Assembly (NCBI GenBank): GCA_951406725.2
Contig: OX597834.1
Span: 9,920,001-9,984,000, forward strand
Reading direction: 5' to 3'
Length of the DNA: 64,000 nt
Origin: Octopus vulgaris
Lineage: Eukaryota
The position numbers and the translations under genes were made by a program. The notes under the pieces are model-generated. The model was not told the DNA's origin. It made no database searches and saw nothing but the letters and a program-made list of their open reading frames with translations. Shown one piece after another: positions 12,354-24,780 of the stretch. Position 1 is the stretch's first letter. Every line of letters begins with the position of its first letter.

Positions 12354-12963
12354 TATATATATATAATGTATGTAAACGCATATTTCGGCCTACTAGTCCA
12401 AAACCGGTGTTGCTTGATATCCGGCCTGGTAACGTAGTTACTCTGCCTAAGAAAACGCTGGTAGGTTTACGAGGTTTTAAAAAGTAAATACTGATTTCCC
12501 CAGAATTAAACTCTTCGACGTAGTGCCCCAGCTTGGCCGCAACCCAGAGACTGAGAAACTACAATTCTATTAATCGAAATTATCACATAATTTCAAAGTA
12601 TCATATAGCTTCCCCAGCATCATCAATTTGATAGAGTTTAATTTATTGTAATATATCAATGAATTTAATACTTAATCGATTATTTTAATATTAATGGCTT
12701 GTGAACATGAAATGCTGGTATATTAGATCTTTTTTGTCTTTTATTCATTTTTTTCCTTGATAACATCCTCTCTGAGATTCACATTAGTAATATCATATCA
12801 ATTTAATGTTTAAATTTAAGCTGTATATTGTTAAAGTTTTACTTCAGTTACGAAATAATGTTATGCATGGAACTGAAGTTAACGTTATTTGCATACGAAA
12901 TAATTTTGCTGTGATTTCATTATCAAATGTTCGGTATTTTAATAAGTTGTGTAATTAATGAAT

Positions 12964-13004
12964 TATTCAATTATCTGTTATACAATTCAACTTTAATATA
13001 TATA

Positions 13005-13047
<43 letters not shown>

Positions 13048-13077
13048 AAGTTGAATTGTATAACAGATAATTGAATA
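12964..13077. repeat. Perfect 32-bp inverted repeat around a (TA)n spacer
   Basis: tattcaattatctgttatacaattcaacttta (12964-12995) is the exact reverse complement of 13046-13077. Confidence 0.95.
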
Positions 13078-13084
13078 TATATAT

Positions 13085-13323
13085 CATGGATTCACCGTTA
13101 GATGACGGATGAGATTTCGGCAACTTCTTGCCGAGTAACGACACAGATAACTTGTTTATAGTGATCAAATGTTTGTGTATAGATGCATCCTCTGCTACAT
13201 GAGAAAATGATCGCAGAGCAAAGTGTAATAAAGTGATTTGCAGTAGAACACACCGCCCTATCTGGAAATCGAAATCACAATGCCACAATCGTGAGTGCAT
13301 CACCGTAACCACTAAGCCATGCG

Positions 13324-13330
<7 letters not shown>
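13085..13330 (-). mobile_element. tRNA-derived SINE with CORE-like segment, diverged
   Basis: Minus strand: gacgcatggcttagtggtta...gatttcgatttcc...gtgtgttctactgcaaatcactttattacactttgctctg, similar to the heads at 33623 and 45656. Confidence 0.6.
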
Positions 13331-13362
<32 letters not shown>

Positions 13363-14439
13363 AGTTCAGCAAAATTTAGATTCAAATGAATATGATAGTT
13401 AAGTCAGAGGCACGGAATGGAAATAAGTATATGTATTGTCCGTTTGATGGACGACTTCTATAAATGGCTGAAGATTGCCCAACATTTTAAAACTGATGTA
13501 ATACTTACACTGTTTAATAAAATGTAGTAGCAGGAAACGATCGTACCAAATTACCGAAGATATACTTGTTGCTTATTTTGATTATATATATATTTATATA
13601 TGGGTCCAGACGAAATTACATACACAAAGCGTGCAACAAACATCGTATAAGTTTGTGGTTCTGTATAGTATCCACTTATATCTTCCGTTGCTGCGTAATC
13701 TGCTATACCATTCATTAATGTTTGGTCGCCGAAGCGATCGTAATGGACAACAAAGAAACAAGAATACAACAACTTGTTTCTTGTTATTCTCTCATACTAT
13801 ATGTGTATGCGTGCGTGCGTGTGTGTATGTTATTCTCTCATACTACAATGTATATCTGTATGTGTATAACGTGAGTGTGTGCTATGCAGGTTATACGGAA
13901 TTTAAAATATATTCTCTAATTCCCCATAGTTCATGTATCATCAAATTTCACCATCTTTTTCATTGCTTTTATGATCAATGAAATAACTTAACTTTCATTT
14001 ATTTTACCCACTTCAATATTCACAAAGAGCGCCGTAGCTAATTTTATTGTTTCTTTTCTACTTGTTATGCTTCTTAAGACAAGAATTGCTTTCTTTTATT
14101 TTTTTTGCAAATGCATCACTTAAGAATTCATAACCTCCTTCTCATCCGACGTCTTTTTTCTCTTTTCTACTTCATCTTATTATTATTATCAGTATTATTA
14201 TTATTATTATTGTTGTTGTTGTGGTTGTTATTGTTATGGCAACGTAATAAATTCTTTGTATTAATACAGCAACATAACATACGGTGTTTCTTTTCATTAT
14301 GAAAGCCATTGTTTCGCATTATTATATGACCCTTCATTATAAATAACAACAAAGACTTCACAGTAAAGTTGGAATAAACAAAAAAAAGGGACAACGTAAT
14401 ATTCATTACTATTGTTGCTGTTGTTCTTCAGTTTCTTCT

Positions 14440-14453
14440 TCCTCTTCTCTGTT

Positions 14454-14485
<32 letters not shown>

Positions 14486-14575
14486 GTAGTAGTAATAATA
14501 GTAATAGTTGTAGCGACAGTAGTAGTAGTAATAATAATAGTTGTAGCGACAGTAGTATCAGTAGAAGCAGCAGCG

Positions 14576-14611
<36 letters not shown>

Positions 14612-14855
14612 GTTTATTAATGTGTTTGCTGTTGTTTTTAGTGTTGCTAGTATTATAATCACCATCATCATCATAATCATTATTATCATATACTACTACT
14701 ATTACTATACTACTACTACAACTACTACTGCAAGTAATAATAATAATAATAATAATAAATTGATGATGATGAAGAGGAGGCGGGGGATGTTGGTGTTTGA
14801 ATTTGTGGTTGTGTCCGTGGTGATGGTGGTGGTGGTCGTGGTGCTAATGGTGGTG
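14440..14855. repeat. Mosaic trinucleotide microsatellite (AAT/AGT/GGT/CAT/ACT)
   Basis: Directly visible. Confidence 0.9.
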
Positions 14856-15579
14856 ACCTTATTGCGCTATTGACCCAACCTTATTTATGATTGTTACACG
14901 TAATCATGTTTATTAAATCATAAATATTTATTGGTGTATTTACATAAATTCCGGAGCCATCAACGCAGTTCATGAAACAGTGTTTCTATATTCTGGGTTT
15001 TTTTTTTTTTTGATTTCTGATGTTTCGTAACAAAGCAATTAATTCGATGTAGAAATGTTAGCTGTTCTACGATATGTATAGAGTAATGTAAAGTTTGAGA
15101 GAAAGAGAGAGAGAGATAAAAAGACAGAGCCTGAAAGAGATGCGGGGAGAGAGAGAGAGAGAGAGAGAGAGACCATGTAGGAGAAATAGAGAGAGAGTTC
15201 ATAAGATTGAAGGAATAGACAATATTAACGATACTATCAATAGCAGACTTCCTTAAACACAAGTGAATAAGGAATCGTATATAATTTATACATTCTCGTA
15301 ATTTTTCAATAGGAACTGTACATTCTTAAGCACTTTCTTTCTTTCTTTCTGATAAAGTCTAGGAGAATTCGGCCTTGTTTAAGCGAAGCCAATCTATCTT
15401 AAAACATCCTATATTTCACAGAAGGAAGAAAAAAAAGCGAGCAATGAAAACACTGTAGCAAATTTAATTAACCTTCAACGTCAATATATACAAGAGTACC
15501 TGTGAATGTTACAAATCTCAGCATCTCTTATTCAGAGGAATAATAAATTCTATCGTATTAATATTATAACTAGCTTTAT

Positions 15580-15940
15580 TCCGCCGAGTTCGACTTTGCC
15601 ATTCATCTTCCCGAGGTTGATTGAATAAGTATCAGTTGAACGCTAGGGTCGATGTAATCGATTTACCTGCTTACTCGATATTGATGGCCTTGTGTCAAAA
15701 TTTGAAATCAATATTATACTTAACATTAAAGCGATAAGCCGGTAGAATCTTTAGCACTCCGGACAAATCATTAGCGGCTTTTCGTCCACCTAGGTGCTCT
15801 GAGTTCAAATACAGCCGAAGTCGACTTTGCCTTTCATCCTTTCGGAGTCGATGAAATAAATACCAGTCAAGTATTGGGGTCGATTCAATAGAATAATGTA
15901 CTAGCTCGAAATAGCTGGCCTATAATTCGAAATCAATATT
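15580..15940 (+). mobile_element. Two diverged SINE family B copies
   Basis: cgactttgcc.ttcatc.tt...gtcgat...aa.ta.cagt occurs twice, with the older tail ctggcct...ttgaaatcaatatt. Confidence 0.75.
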
Positions 15941-16040
15941 ACATACCATACTTATCAATGTCTGCATCGAAGACTCTGCGTTCTAGATATCTCTCTCTCT
16001 TTTTTTCTCTCTCTCTCTCTCTCTGCATGTATATATATAA

Positions 16041-16250
16041 TTACTTGTAATTGTGGCGACATTCAGCCTGGGCGGGTTGAGTCGGCTTCTTCTAGCACCC
16101 TCGTGGCATCTCAAACCATGGCAGCCCACGCACGACGGTCCTGCGCCAGTTCACTGGAGATAGAGAGCCAGTCACGGTTCCATCGGCGCAGGCCGACCAC
16201 CTGCAGACCCGTGAGCACGGAGAGGTCCTCCTTGATCGTCGTAGCCCATT
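16041..16250 (-). mobile_element. RTE-clade LINE 3' fragment
   Basis: Translates WATTIKEDLSVLTGLQVVGLRRWNRDWLSISSELAQDRRAWAAMV*DATRVLEEADSTRPG*, with the RTE C-terminal LAQDRxxW motif and a short caa(g/t)ta repeat tail. Confidence 0.8.
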
Positions 16251-17038
16251 CAAGATGAGAAAGGGCTAATTTTTATCCCAAGAATCAAGACCGCACTAGG
16301 TAACTTTTGAACCATCTCAAACATCCACTCCAGCTGAACGTGCTTTAGTTTTGCTCAGCCGAGAAACATTTCTGCCTGAATCAGATAATGAACACACAGA
16401 ACGACCGTTGGCTTTCTGTGTCCTCAACACATATACCGAGAATGTTAAATGTCAAACATCCAGTCAACATTATGTGGTCGCTAGTGATAGTACCGTTATG
16501 CCTCCATTAATCTTCCTACACGGCCTCCAACTCAACACGATGCCTACATCAAGTGTCTGGGCGAGGCAGGGCTGCCCTGATTCAAGAAGTTGGTTGCTAG
16601 AAGACCCTATGTCTGCCAACAGGACTCTGCACCATGCCACACAAGCAGGGGAACCCAGTCATGGCTGTCAGATAATTTCTGCGACCACATCACCCCTAAA
16701 ATCTGCCTACCTAACTCCCGAGACTGTATCCACCTTGATTAAGTGTGGGGCGCAGCTGCGAGAACGACCAACAAATTCTTTGTAACACAAAAGATGAACT
16801 GAAAGCAAAGATTATGGCTGCATTCACCAACTAAAACAAGGGTCCAGAAGAGTTGCAGGATATTCCAAAGTCATGTAGGGGTCATGGTTGAAGCCAATGA
16901 CGATTTTATTGAATAAATTTACTTTTAGTATTATAAGATATCGTTATGTAATTTTGGTAAATATATATGTTAGAATGAGATGTCAATGTTATTTTCATTT
17001 TTGCGTAATTTAGACGACAGTTTTTTCCCAAAACCCTG
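16251..17038 (+). pseudogene. Decayed Tc1/mariner-superfamily DD37D (maT) transposase with right end
   Basis: Broken frames give KHPVNIM..VMPPLIF..QQDSAPCHTSRGTQSWLSDNFCDHITPKICLPNSRDCIHLD (37 residues between the last two Asp) ..VEANDDFIE*. Ends ...ccctg|TA. Confidence 0.88.
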
Positions 17039-17049
17039 TATATATATAC

Positions 17050-17128
<79 letters not shown>

Positions 17129-17131
<3 letters not shown>

Positions 17132-17370
17132 TCCTCGTGTTGTATACATTCGAAGCTTTCTTCCAGGGGATCTAATGCGCTTGGCTTAGATTTCCCTTGG
17201 CGGGCTGCCCATATCGGAGCAATCTCAAGATTAATCAGCCGAAATTGCTAAGATGATCTGGTTCTTGACTGATGACTGAGGGCTTCGAATGTCCCGTCCT
17301 GTGGTTCTTGTGTCGTCTCTGTGGCGTTTCATGTTCTTGTCCATGTCTGTAATTATTTTTACTGTTTACC
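17129..17370. mobile_element. (TA)n-flanked repeat fragment, possibly a Penelope-like terminus
   Basis: About 240 bp of complex sequence between two (TA)n tracts, with internal 11-bp inverted repeat acattcgaagc/gcttcgaatgt. Confidence 0.4.
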
Positions 17371-18533
17371 TATATATATATATATATATATAGTGCAAGA
17401 ATATAATAAAGGTACCATGAATAATTTTAGGAGAATTGGAAGAGGTCTTTAACGTTTAGAACTGGGAGGTGTCTTTTATGTGCTCTTCTACAGAAAGGAG
17501 ACAAAAGAGAAAGGGACAGAGAGAAAATAATAGTGTTTTTAGTTAGACGGCCCCCGCATACTGGAAATATCTATAGTTTGAGCAAAACCCACAGTTCCTT
17601 GGATTATCTGCCCGCAGATAATGGGAAAGCATGAGGACAAATATCAATACCAACAACACAATTATAACAGTAGAAGGGAATCATTAATGTGAAATAAGCA
17701 ATGTTAAGCTAATAGCCTTCATTGATTAGAATGTATCCTCAAATGTGCAATGAATTGTAAATGAAAGATGGCCGAGTTATATAAGGAGCTGCAGCCTTTG
17801 ATTATATCGAATGTACAGATATAGGTCGTAGTAGCTAGCACATTGCACGGATTTATTTGCGTTCTTTGTTAGTCACTGCAATGCGTATTGTCACGTAATT
17901 TGAATAGCGCTTCAGGGTATATATTCCTTACAATCATAGACACTTCTGTGTAGAAGTTTACAGTTCAACCGTTTCGTGCTAATATACTGGACATAATTAC
18001 ACAATTGTAAACGAACAACGTGAGCATTCTCTATGTGGATGGTGGATTTAGCCGAAATAGCATCTCGTTCTATTTGGGTCACAGTACAAATGTAAATTCA
18101 ACTGTGATAAATAGTCACCATTTAGATTATATATAATTAAAATGACACGCATTTTGCTCACACTTGTTTCTTTTCTATGTACTTATTTCTATAAGTCTGT
18201 CTGAAATTTATCTCTCACATTTATCTCTGTATCATATGTTTAGAATGAGGAGGGAGTGTTGAAGTGTGTCCCAACTCCTACTCCACAACAGATATTTAAA
18301 TATGGTACACATGGTATGTTTTTTTTTTTATTTCTTTTGCCTTCACATTTCAATGTAAACATTGACACTCATTGAGCCAGGCCTATGCAGTGTTCTCTCA
18401 TCCATCGCCCTATTAGGAAATAAAATAATCCACCATATTTCTCCCTCTCCGCCCTCAATACTTTCTCATCCCCCTCGTCCTTTTAAACGTCGTCTTCCTC
18501 CTCCTCCTCCTCCTCCTTGTTGTTGCTGTTATT

Positions 18534-19017
18534 AAGGCGGTGAAACTTTAGCACTGTAGGACCGTTAGCTCGCTGGTTAAAAATGTTGACCGGCATTTCG
18601 TCCGTCTTTACCTTCTGAGTTCAAATTCCGCCAAGGTCGACTTTGCCTTTCATCCTTTCGCGGTCGATAAATTAAGTACTAGTTGAGCACTGGGGCCGAT
18701 ACAATCGACTTTCTCCATTCTACAGAATTGCTGGCTTTGTGCCAAAATTAGAAGCCATTATTATCATTATTATTATTATTAGTAGTAGTAGTAGTAGTAG
18801 TATTAAGGCGGCGAACTGGTAGAATTGTTAACCCGCTGAACGAAATATTTAGCGATATTTCACCAGTCGTTGGGTTCTGAGTTTAAATTCAATCGAGGTC
18901 GACTTTGTCTTTCATACTTTCGGGGTCGATAAATAACCTACCAGTGGAATACCAAGGTGGATGTAATCGAGTAGCGCCCTCCCTCTAAATTGTAGGCCTT
19001 GTGCTAAAATTTTACAC

Positions 19018-19020
<3 letters not shown>
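18534..19020 (+). mobile_element. Two tandem SINE family B copies (older tail type)
   Basis: Heads aaggcggtga (18534) and aaggcggcga (18805); both have the central domain and end in (att)n. Confidence 0.85.
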
Positions 19021-19051
<31 letters not shown>

Positions 19052-20013
19052 GTCTTGTTATTACTGAGTTGTTCTTGGTATTATTATTATTATTATTATT
19101 GATTAGTATGACTCTTAAGAGCGGTTGTCAATGTTATACGATTTCCTAACAGACTGTCTCACTTATAGTCGTAAATAAAATTATATTATGAAAATTGTGT
19201 GAAGTATATTGAACGTTGACTTTTATGAATTATAGATATTTCTTGAAAGATCAACTGTTTCTTGATGCATTCTATTTGAAAGGACAATTGTTTCAGTAAT
19301 ATAATTCTTCTGGCTTCCGTTCGTTGTATGAATGTTAATACAACCACAGGTGAAGCCTCTAGCATTTCCATTGTAAACGCAATTGAAATACTAGATGTAG
19401 GAATATGTTCATAAATGCAATTCTTAATAAATTCATAAGATACCTGTTAAAGGCTGGGAATATAATATATATGCGTTTGAGTGCATTCTTTAAAATTCTT
19501 TGGAATATAATTCTTGTTCTTACAATTGAAATGCTAACGTTCCTTCAGAGATTATATATCTCCCTCTCAATCATTTTTCTGTTTCTTTTGTCGACCTCTG
19601 GTGTTTGAAGAAAAAGGGAGTAATGCATTGTGAAAGCGACACATTCGCTTGTACTTACAGGCAGTGCAATCGGAAAGATGCTACGACAAATGGCTTCCTA
19701 ATCTTTGTCTATTCTCTCTACGTCCTTCTTCTCCACCTCTGTTACCTACCTACTTACTTACGTAGCTGCAGTCGCCACCATCGAAACATAATCGCCATTG
19801 TCGAGATAAATATTATCATAAACATTATCGTGACTGTCATTGGCATCAACGTCTATAACCTCACAATTTTTAAACACACACACAATACTCCGAATTATCT
19901 TTTAAAGCGATTAGTATCAGAATAATTAGAGCGTAGCAGGAAACGAGAGGAAATATTTAGTTAATTTCCTTTGCACTCTGATTTCGAAATTCGTGGTTTC
20001 CCACTTTGGTTTT

Positions 20014-20370
20014 CCGTTACGTTCTGAGTTCAAATTCCGCCAAGGTCCACTTTGCCTTTCATCCTTTCGGGGTCGATAAATTAAGTACCGGTTACGCACT
20101 GGGGTCGATATAATCGACTTGGTCCGTTTGTCTGTCCTTGTTCGTCCCCTCTGTGTTTGGCCCCTTGTGGGTAGTAAAGAAATAGGTATTTCGTCTGCCG
20201 CTATGTTCTGTGTTCAAATACCGCCGAGGTCGACTTTGCCCTTCATCCTTTCGGGGTCGATTAAATAAGTACCAGTTACGCACTGAGGTTGATATAATCG
20301 ACTTGGTCCGTTTGTCTGTCCTTGTTCGTCCCCTCTGTGTTTGGCCCCTTGTGGGTAGTAAAGAAATAGG
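20014..20370 (+). mobile_element. SINE family B, two 184-bp tandem units without head
   Basis: gttctg at 20021 and 20205; junction aaagaaataggtatttcg. Confidence 0.9.
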
Positions 20371-20889
20371 CTTTCATTTCTCTGGAATGGTTGTGATTAA
20401 GACATTTTCAAACACTAGGACGACATGCCGTATTTGATGTCATATTAGATGCACCATATTATCAGCGGTACACATTCGAGCAAAAAACAAAATGTTTAAC
20501 GTATCAAAGATTGTGGGAGGTCCGACTCCTCGTACAGGATAAGGAAAGATTTTTTAAGACTTTTTTCTCGTTTTTGAGAAAATCCGTGAATTTTATGTGT
20601 CATCGAATAGGGTTAATCTATCCGATCCTTTTTTTATGTCTCAGTATTTCTTTCATTCAACTAGTCACGCAGTTCAGTATTCACGTCATTTTCAGTTCTG
20701 ATGGCTGGCCAGTTTCACCTTCATATTACGGTGTCGGTATAAATGAAAATTCGATGACATGCAGGGGTCGTTAAAACGGTGTGTCCCCATCTTTTAGTAT
20801 AGTTAAGTTGTCTAACAACACAATTATCGTCAACGGATTCAAGAAAATCAACAAAGCTCGCACCATATTATCATCCTTCATACTGGAGA

Positions 20890-21280
20890 TACAGCGAGCT
20901 AGCAGAATCCTTAGTATGCCGGTCAAAAATGCTTCGTAGCATTTCGTCCGTATTTACATTCTGCGTTCAAATTCCATCGAAGTCGACTTTGCCGTTCGTA
21001 AATTAGGGGTCGATAAAATGAGACCCAGTTAAGCACTGTGGTTGATGTAATCGACTAACCACTTCATCCTAAACTTTTGGCCTTCAGCCAAAATTTGAAC
21101 CCATTATTATCTATACTGGGAATGGTGGCGAAATGACAGAATCTTGAACAAAATTGTTAGCGCCAGTTCTTCTGACGCTTTACATTCTGGGTTCAAATTC
21201 TTCCAAGGTCATCCATGCCATTCATTCTTTCGAGATCGATGAAATAAGCAACGCTAGAGCACTGAAGTTCGTGTAACCAA
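20890..21280 (+). mobile_element. Two diverged SINE family B copies
   Basis: gcgagctagcagaatc...gtcgactttgcc...gggtcgataaaatgag, and a second decayed head near 21123. Confidence 0.7.
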
Positions 21281-21366
21281 TCAGACTCCTTTTTACTCTT
21301 GGAGTTCAAATTCTGCTTGCACGAGGATGCATAAATACAAATATACATACATACTTAGACATGCAG

Positions 21367-21408
<42 letters not shown>

Positions 21409-21509
21409 TACAACGTATAAATAATAGTCATCATTGTAATAAATTCAGTGTATGTATGTGTGCGTGTGTATGTATGTATGTATGTATGTATGTATGTGTG
21501 TGTATGTTT

Positions 21510-21720
21510 GCCTGTCTGTGTGTTATTCCTCTTACCACCATCTCTTGACAATAGATGCTGATGTGTTTATGTCCCTGTAACTTAGCGGTTCGGCGAAAGG
21601 AGCCGATAGAATAAGCACTACGCTTACAAAGTATGAGTCCTGGGGTCAGTTTGCTCGTCTAAAGGCGCAACTCCGGCATGGTCGCAGTCAAATGACTGAA
21701 ACAAATAAAAGAATTAAAGA
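21510..21720 (+). mobile_element. SINE family A 3' half
   Basis: cttgacaatagatgctg...cttagcggttcggcgaaa...gcagtcaaatgactgaaacaaataaaag, following a (TATG)n/(TG)n tract. Confidence 0.8.
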
Positions 21721-22556
21721 ATATATACATATATAGTGCAAAAATATGACAAACATTTTTACTCAGAGCTTTGCGTTCCTGTCCGTTTGACTGTCTAGTT
21801 TGAGAATGGAACAAAACTAACGTTTTATGTATAAATATTCGATTACTTTGATAGATACACATTCGAAATTGCTCCTTTCCACTGACGGTCTTTCCAATAA
21901 CCGGTTATATGAAATTAGAATTACGATTTAAAATCATATTATTTTAAATCGTAGAAAAACTTGAATCGAAAATTATCTTTAGTAGAAGAGAAAAAAACGC
22001 TTATACCTAGGGTAGATTAAATAAATTAATGGTAAAATAAATTAAATTAATTAAAATAGATGTCAGTTTAAAATGAAAACATCTAAAAGGAAGAAACATC
22101 ATAAAACTATGAGTACATTTAGTTATGCATACACATACCAAAAACATATGCATACATATGTACACTAAACATTCACGCTTTGTTAAATGCCTACATATAC
22201 AAACAAGTACAGGCAAAACATATGTATATATTAATGCTTATATGGGTATCTACGTAAATATATATACACATATAATGTGTCTTCGCGCGTATTTAGTTGT
22301 TAACAAGGTAGAACAAGAAAACGAAAAGGAAAATCAGAAAGAAAAAAGGAAAGAGCAACATAAATGGAAAGAGGAACAGAAAAATAGAAGGAAAGAAAGT
22401 GTTAGAGAGAGAGAAATGATTTGGAAGTTAGCGTTTCCAAAACGTATAAAATGAATTTTAGGATAGTTCAGTAAGCTTGCAAATGCGCACATAAGACACA
22501 CACGTATAAAACAGACATACATACAGATATACAAATGAACGTATACGTAGATGTTT

Positions 22557-22958
22557 AGCTGTGTGGTAAGTACATTGCTTAACAACCACATGGTTCCGGG
22601 TTCAGTCCCACTGCGTGGCATCTTGGGCAAGTGTCTTGTACTATAGCCTCGGGTCGACCAAAGCCTTGTGAGTGGATTTGGTAGACGGAAACTGACAGAA
22701 GCCCGTCGTATATATGTATATATGTATATTTATATATGTGCGTGTGTGTTTGTGTATCTGTGTTTGTCCCCCTAGCATTGCTTGACAACCGATGCTGGTG
22801 TGTTTATGTCCCCGTTACTTAGCGGTTCGGCAAAAAGAGACCGATAGATTAAGTACTGGGCTTACAAAAGAATAAGTCCCGGAGTCGAGTTGCTCGATTA
22901 AAGGCGGTGCTCCAGCATGGCCGCAGTCAAATGACTGAAACAAGTAAAAGAGTAAAGA
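22557..22958 (+). mobile_element. SINE family A, near full length
   Basis: Near-identical to 8698-9110; flanked by 34-bp imperfect direct repeats. Confidence 0.92.
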
Positions 22959-23066
22959 TTACCTACAGATATACAAATTAACATATACATAGATGTTATA
23001 TTGGTACATACATATTTTCACATCAAGATACATACATGCATCATAATGTACGTACGTATAGATATA

Positions 23067-23192
23067 TTTATTTCTTTATTGCCCACAGAGGGGCTAAACA
23101 CAGAAGGGACAAACAAGGACAGACAAAGGGATAAAATCGTTTACATCCACACCAGTGCTTAGCTGGTACTTAATTAATTGACACCGAAAGAC
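23067..23192 (-). mobile_element. SINE family B 3' fragment
   Basis: tatttctttattgcccacagaggggctaaacacag... is the reverse complement of the young B tail. Confidence 0.8.
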
Positions 23193-23219
23193 GTACACAG
23201 ATATATTGAAAACTGTCAG

Positions 23220-23235
23220 ACACACACACAAACAG

Positions 23236-23294
<59 letters not shown>

Positions 23295-23405
23295 TACATA
23301 TATATTTTTATGTACATTTATATAGATATATATATACACATATATATATACATATAGATATATATATACACATATATATATACATACATATATATATGTA
23401 TATAT

Positions 23406-23448
<43 letters not shown>

Positions 23449-23471
23449 GATATATATATACACATATATAT

Positions 23472-23532
<61 letters not shown>

Positions 23533-23623
23533 CACATATATATACACACATATATACACATATATATATACATATAGATATATATATACACATATATATA
23601 TACATACATATATATATGTATAT

Positions 23624-23662
<39 letters not shown>
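23220..23662. repeat. (CA)n/(TA)n compound microsatellite with higher-order duplications
   Basis: Directly visible. Confidence 0.95.
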
Positions 23663-23663
<1 letters not shown>

Positions 23664-23939
23664 ATTCCTGTAACACATTTCCACATTCCCTTTTTGGCTA
23701 AGTACAATTTTCCTTTCGTTGGGATTGGTGTTCGGGAATGCAAAACTATGTCCTTTAGTAACATAAAAATTCTCGAATGTAACTTCTGAAAGAATATCAC
23801 GGTTATGAGAAGTTAATCAAGAGAAATTTGAGCGACGACCTATTAAACGAACATGTCTTCGTCTGAAAATTTCAATGGTTAATTAGAATGCAGAAGTTTT
23901 GTATTTCTGGGTGGTATGTTTACATTCAGTTTTCAATGA

Positions 23940-23999
<60 letters not shown>

Positions 24000-24159
24000 G
24001 TTTTCTACCAAGATACTGTTGAAGGTTCAGGAAGTACAACTGACAAGAAGGAAAAGAAAACAAGGGAAATAGGAGAAATGGAGAAAAAATAAATGAATGT
24101 TTGTGTGGTCCCTGTAGAATATTAGAAAAAACAATCAGAAACACTAAATGCCATGAATA

Positions 24160-24160
24160 T

Positions 24161-24191
<31 letters not shown>

Positions 24192-24301
24192 ATGCATGTT
24201 TGTATGTAAGTATGTATGCATGTATCCATGCATGTATGTTCATATGTATGTAAGTACATGTTCATGTACGAATGTATTTGTGCTTATTGTGTGTGTGTGT
24301 A

Positions 24302-24341
<40 letters not shown>

Positions 24342-24571
24342 AGTGTTTGTGTGTATGTGTATATATATATACATGTGTATAATATGTGTATTTAAGCACA
24401 TAGACACATAAAGACACAAACACACACGCATATATATATATAGAGACATATATATAGATATGTTTCTCTCGCTATATATATATATATATATATACACACA
24501 CATAGGTATCTGTGTATATAAATATACATACAAGCACTCCTTCCTCCTTCGTCCGGCATTAAGCAACGTAC

Positions 24572-24619
<48 letters not shown>

Positions 24620-24780
24620 ATGTGTGTGTGTGTGTGTGTATGTGCATATGTGTGTGTGTGTATGTGCATATGTGTGTGTGTATGTGCATATGTGTGTGTG
24701 TGTATGTGCATATATGTGTGTGTGTGTGTGTGTATGTATGTGTGTGTGTGTATGTGCATATATATATATATTTATATGGC
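24160..24780. repeat. (TG)n/(TA)n/(TATG)n microsatellite cluster
   Basis: Directly visible, with a repeated tatgtgcata motif. Confidence 0.9.

Noticed and set aside
17262-17305. Hammerhead at CTGATGA
   Set aside because: Followed by GAAT rather than GAAA, and stems I and II do not pair.
21922-21953. 13-bp stem hairpin tacgatttaaaat/attttaaatcgta
   Set aside because: The hairpin is real but very AT-rich and isolated, with no evidence of function; a bacterial-type terminator is not applicable here.
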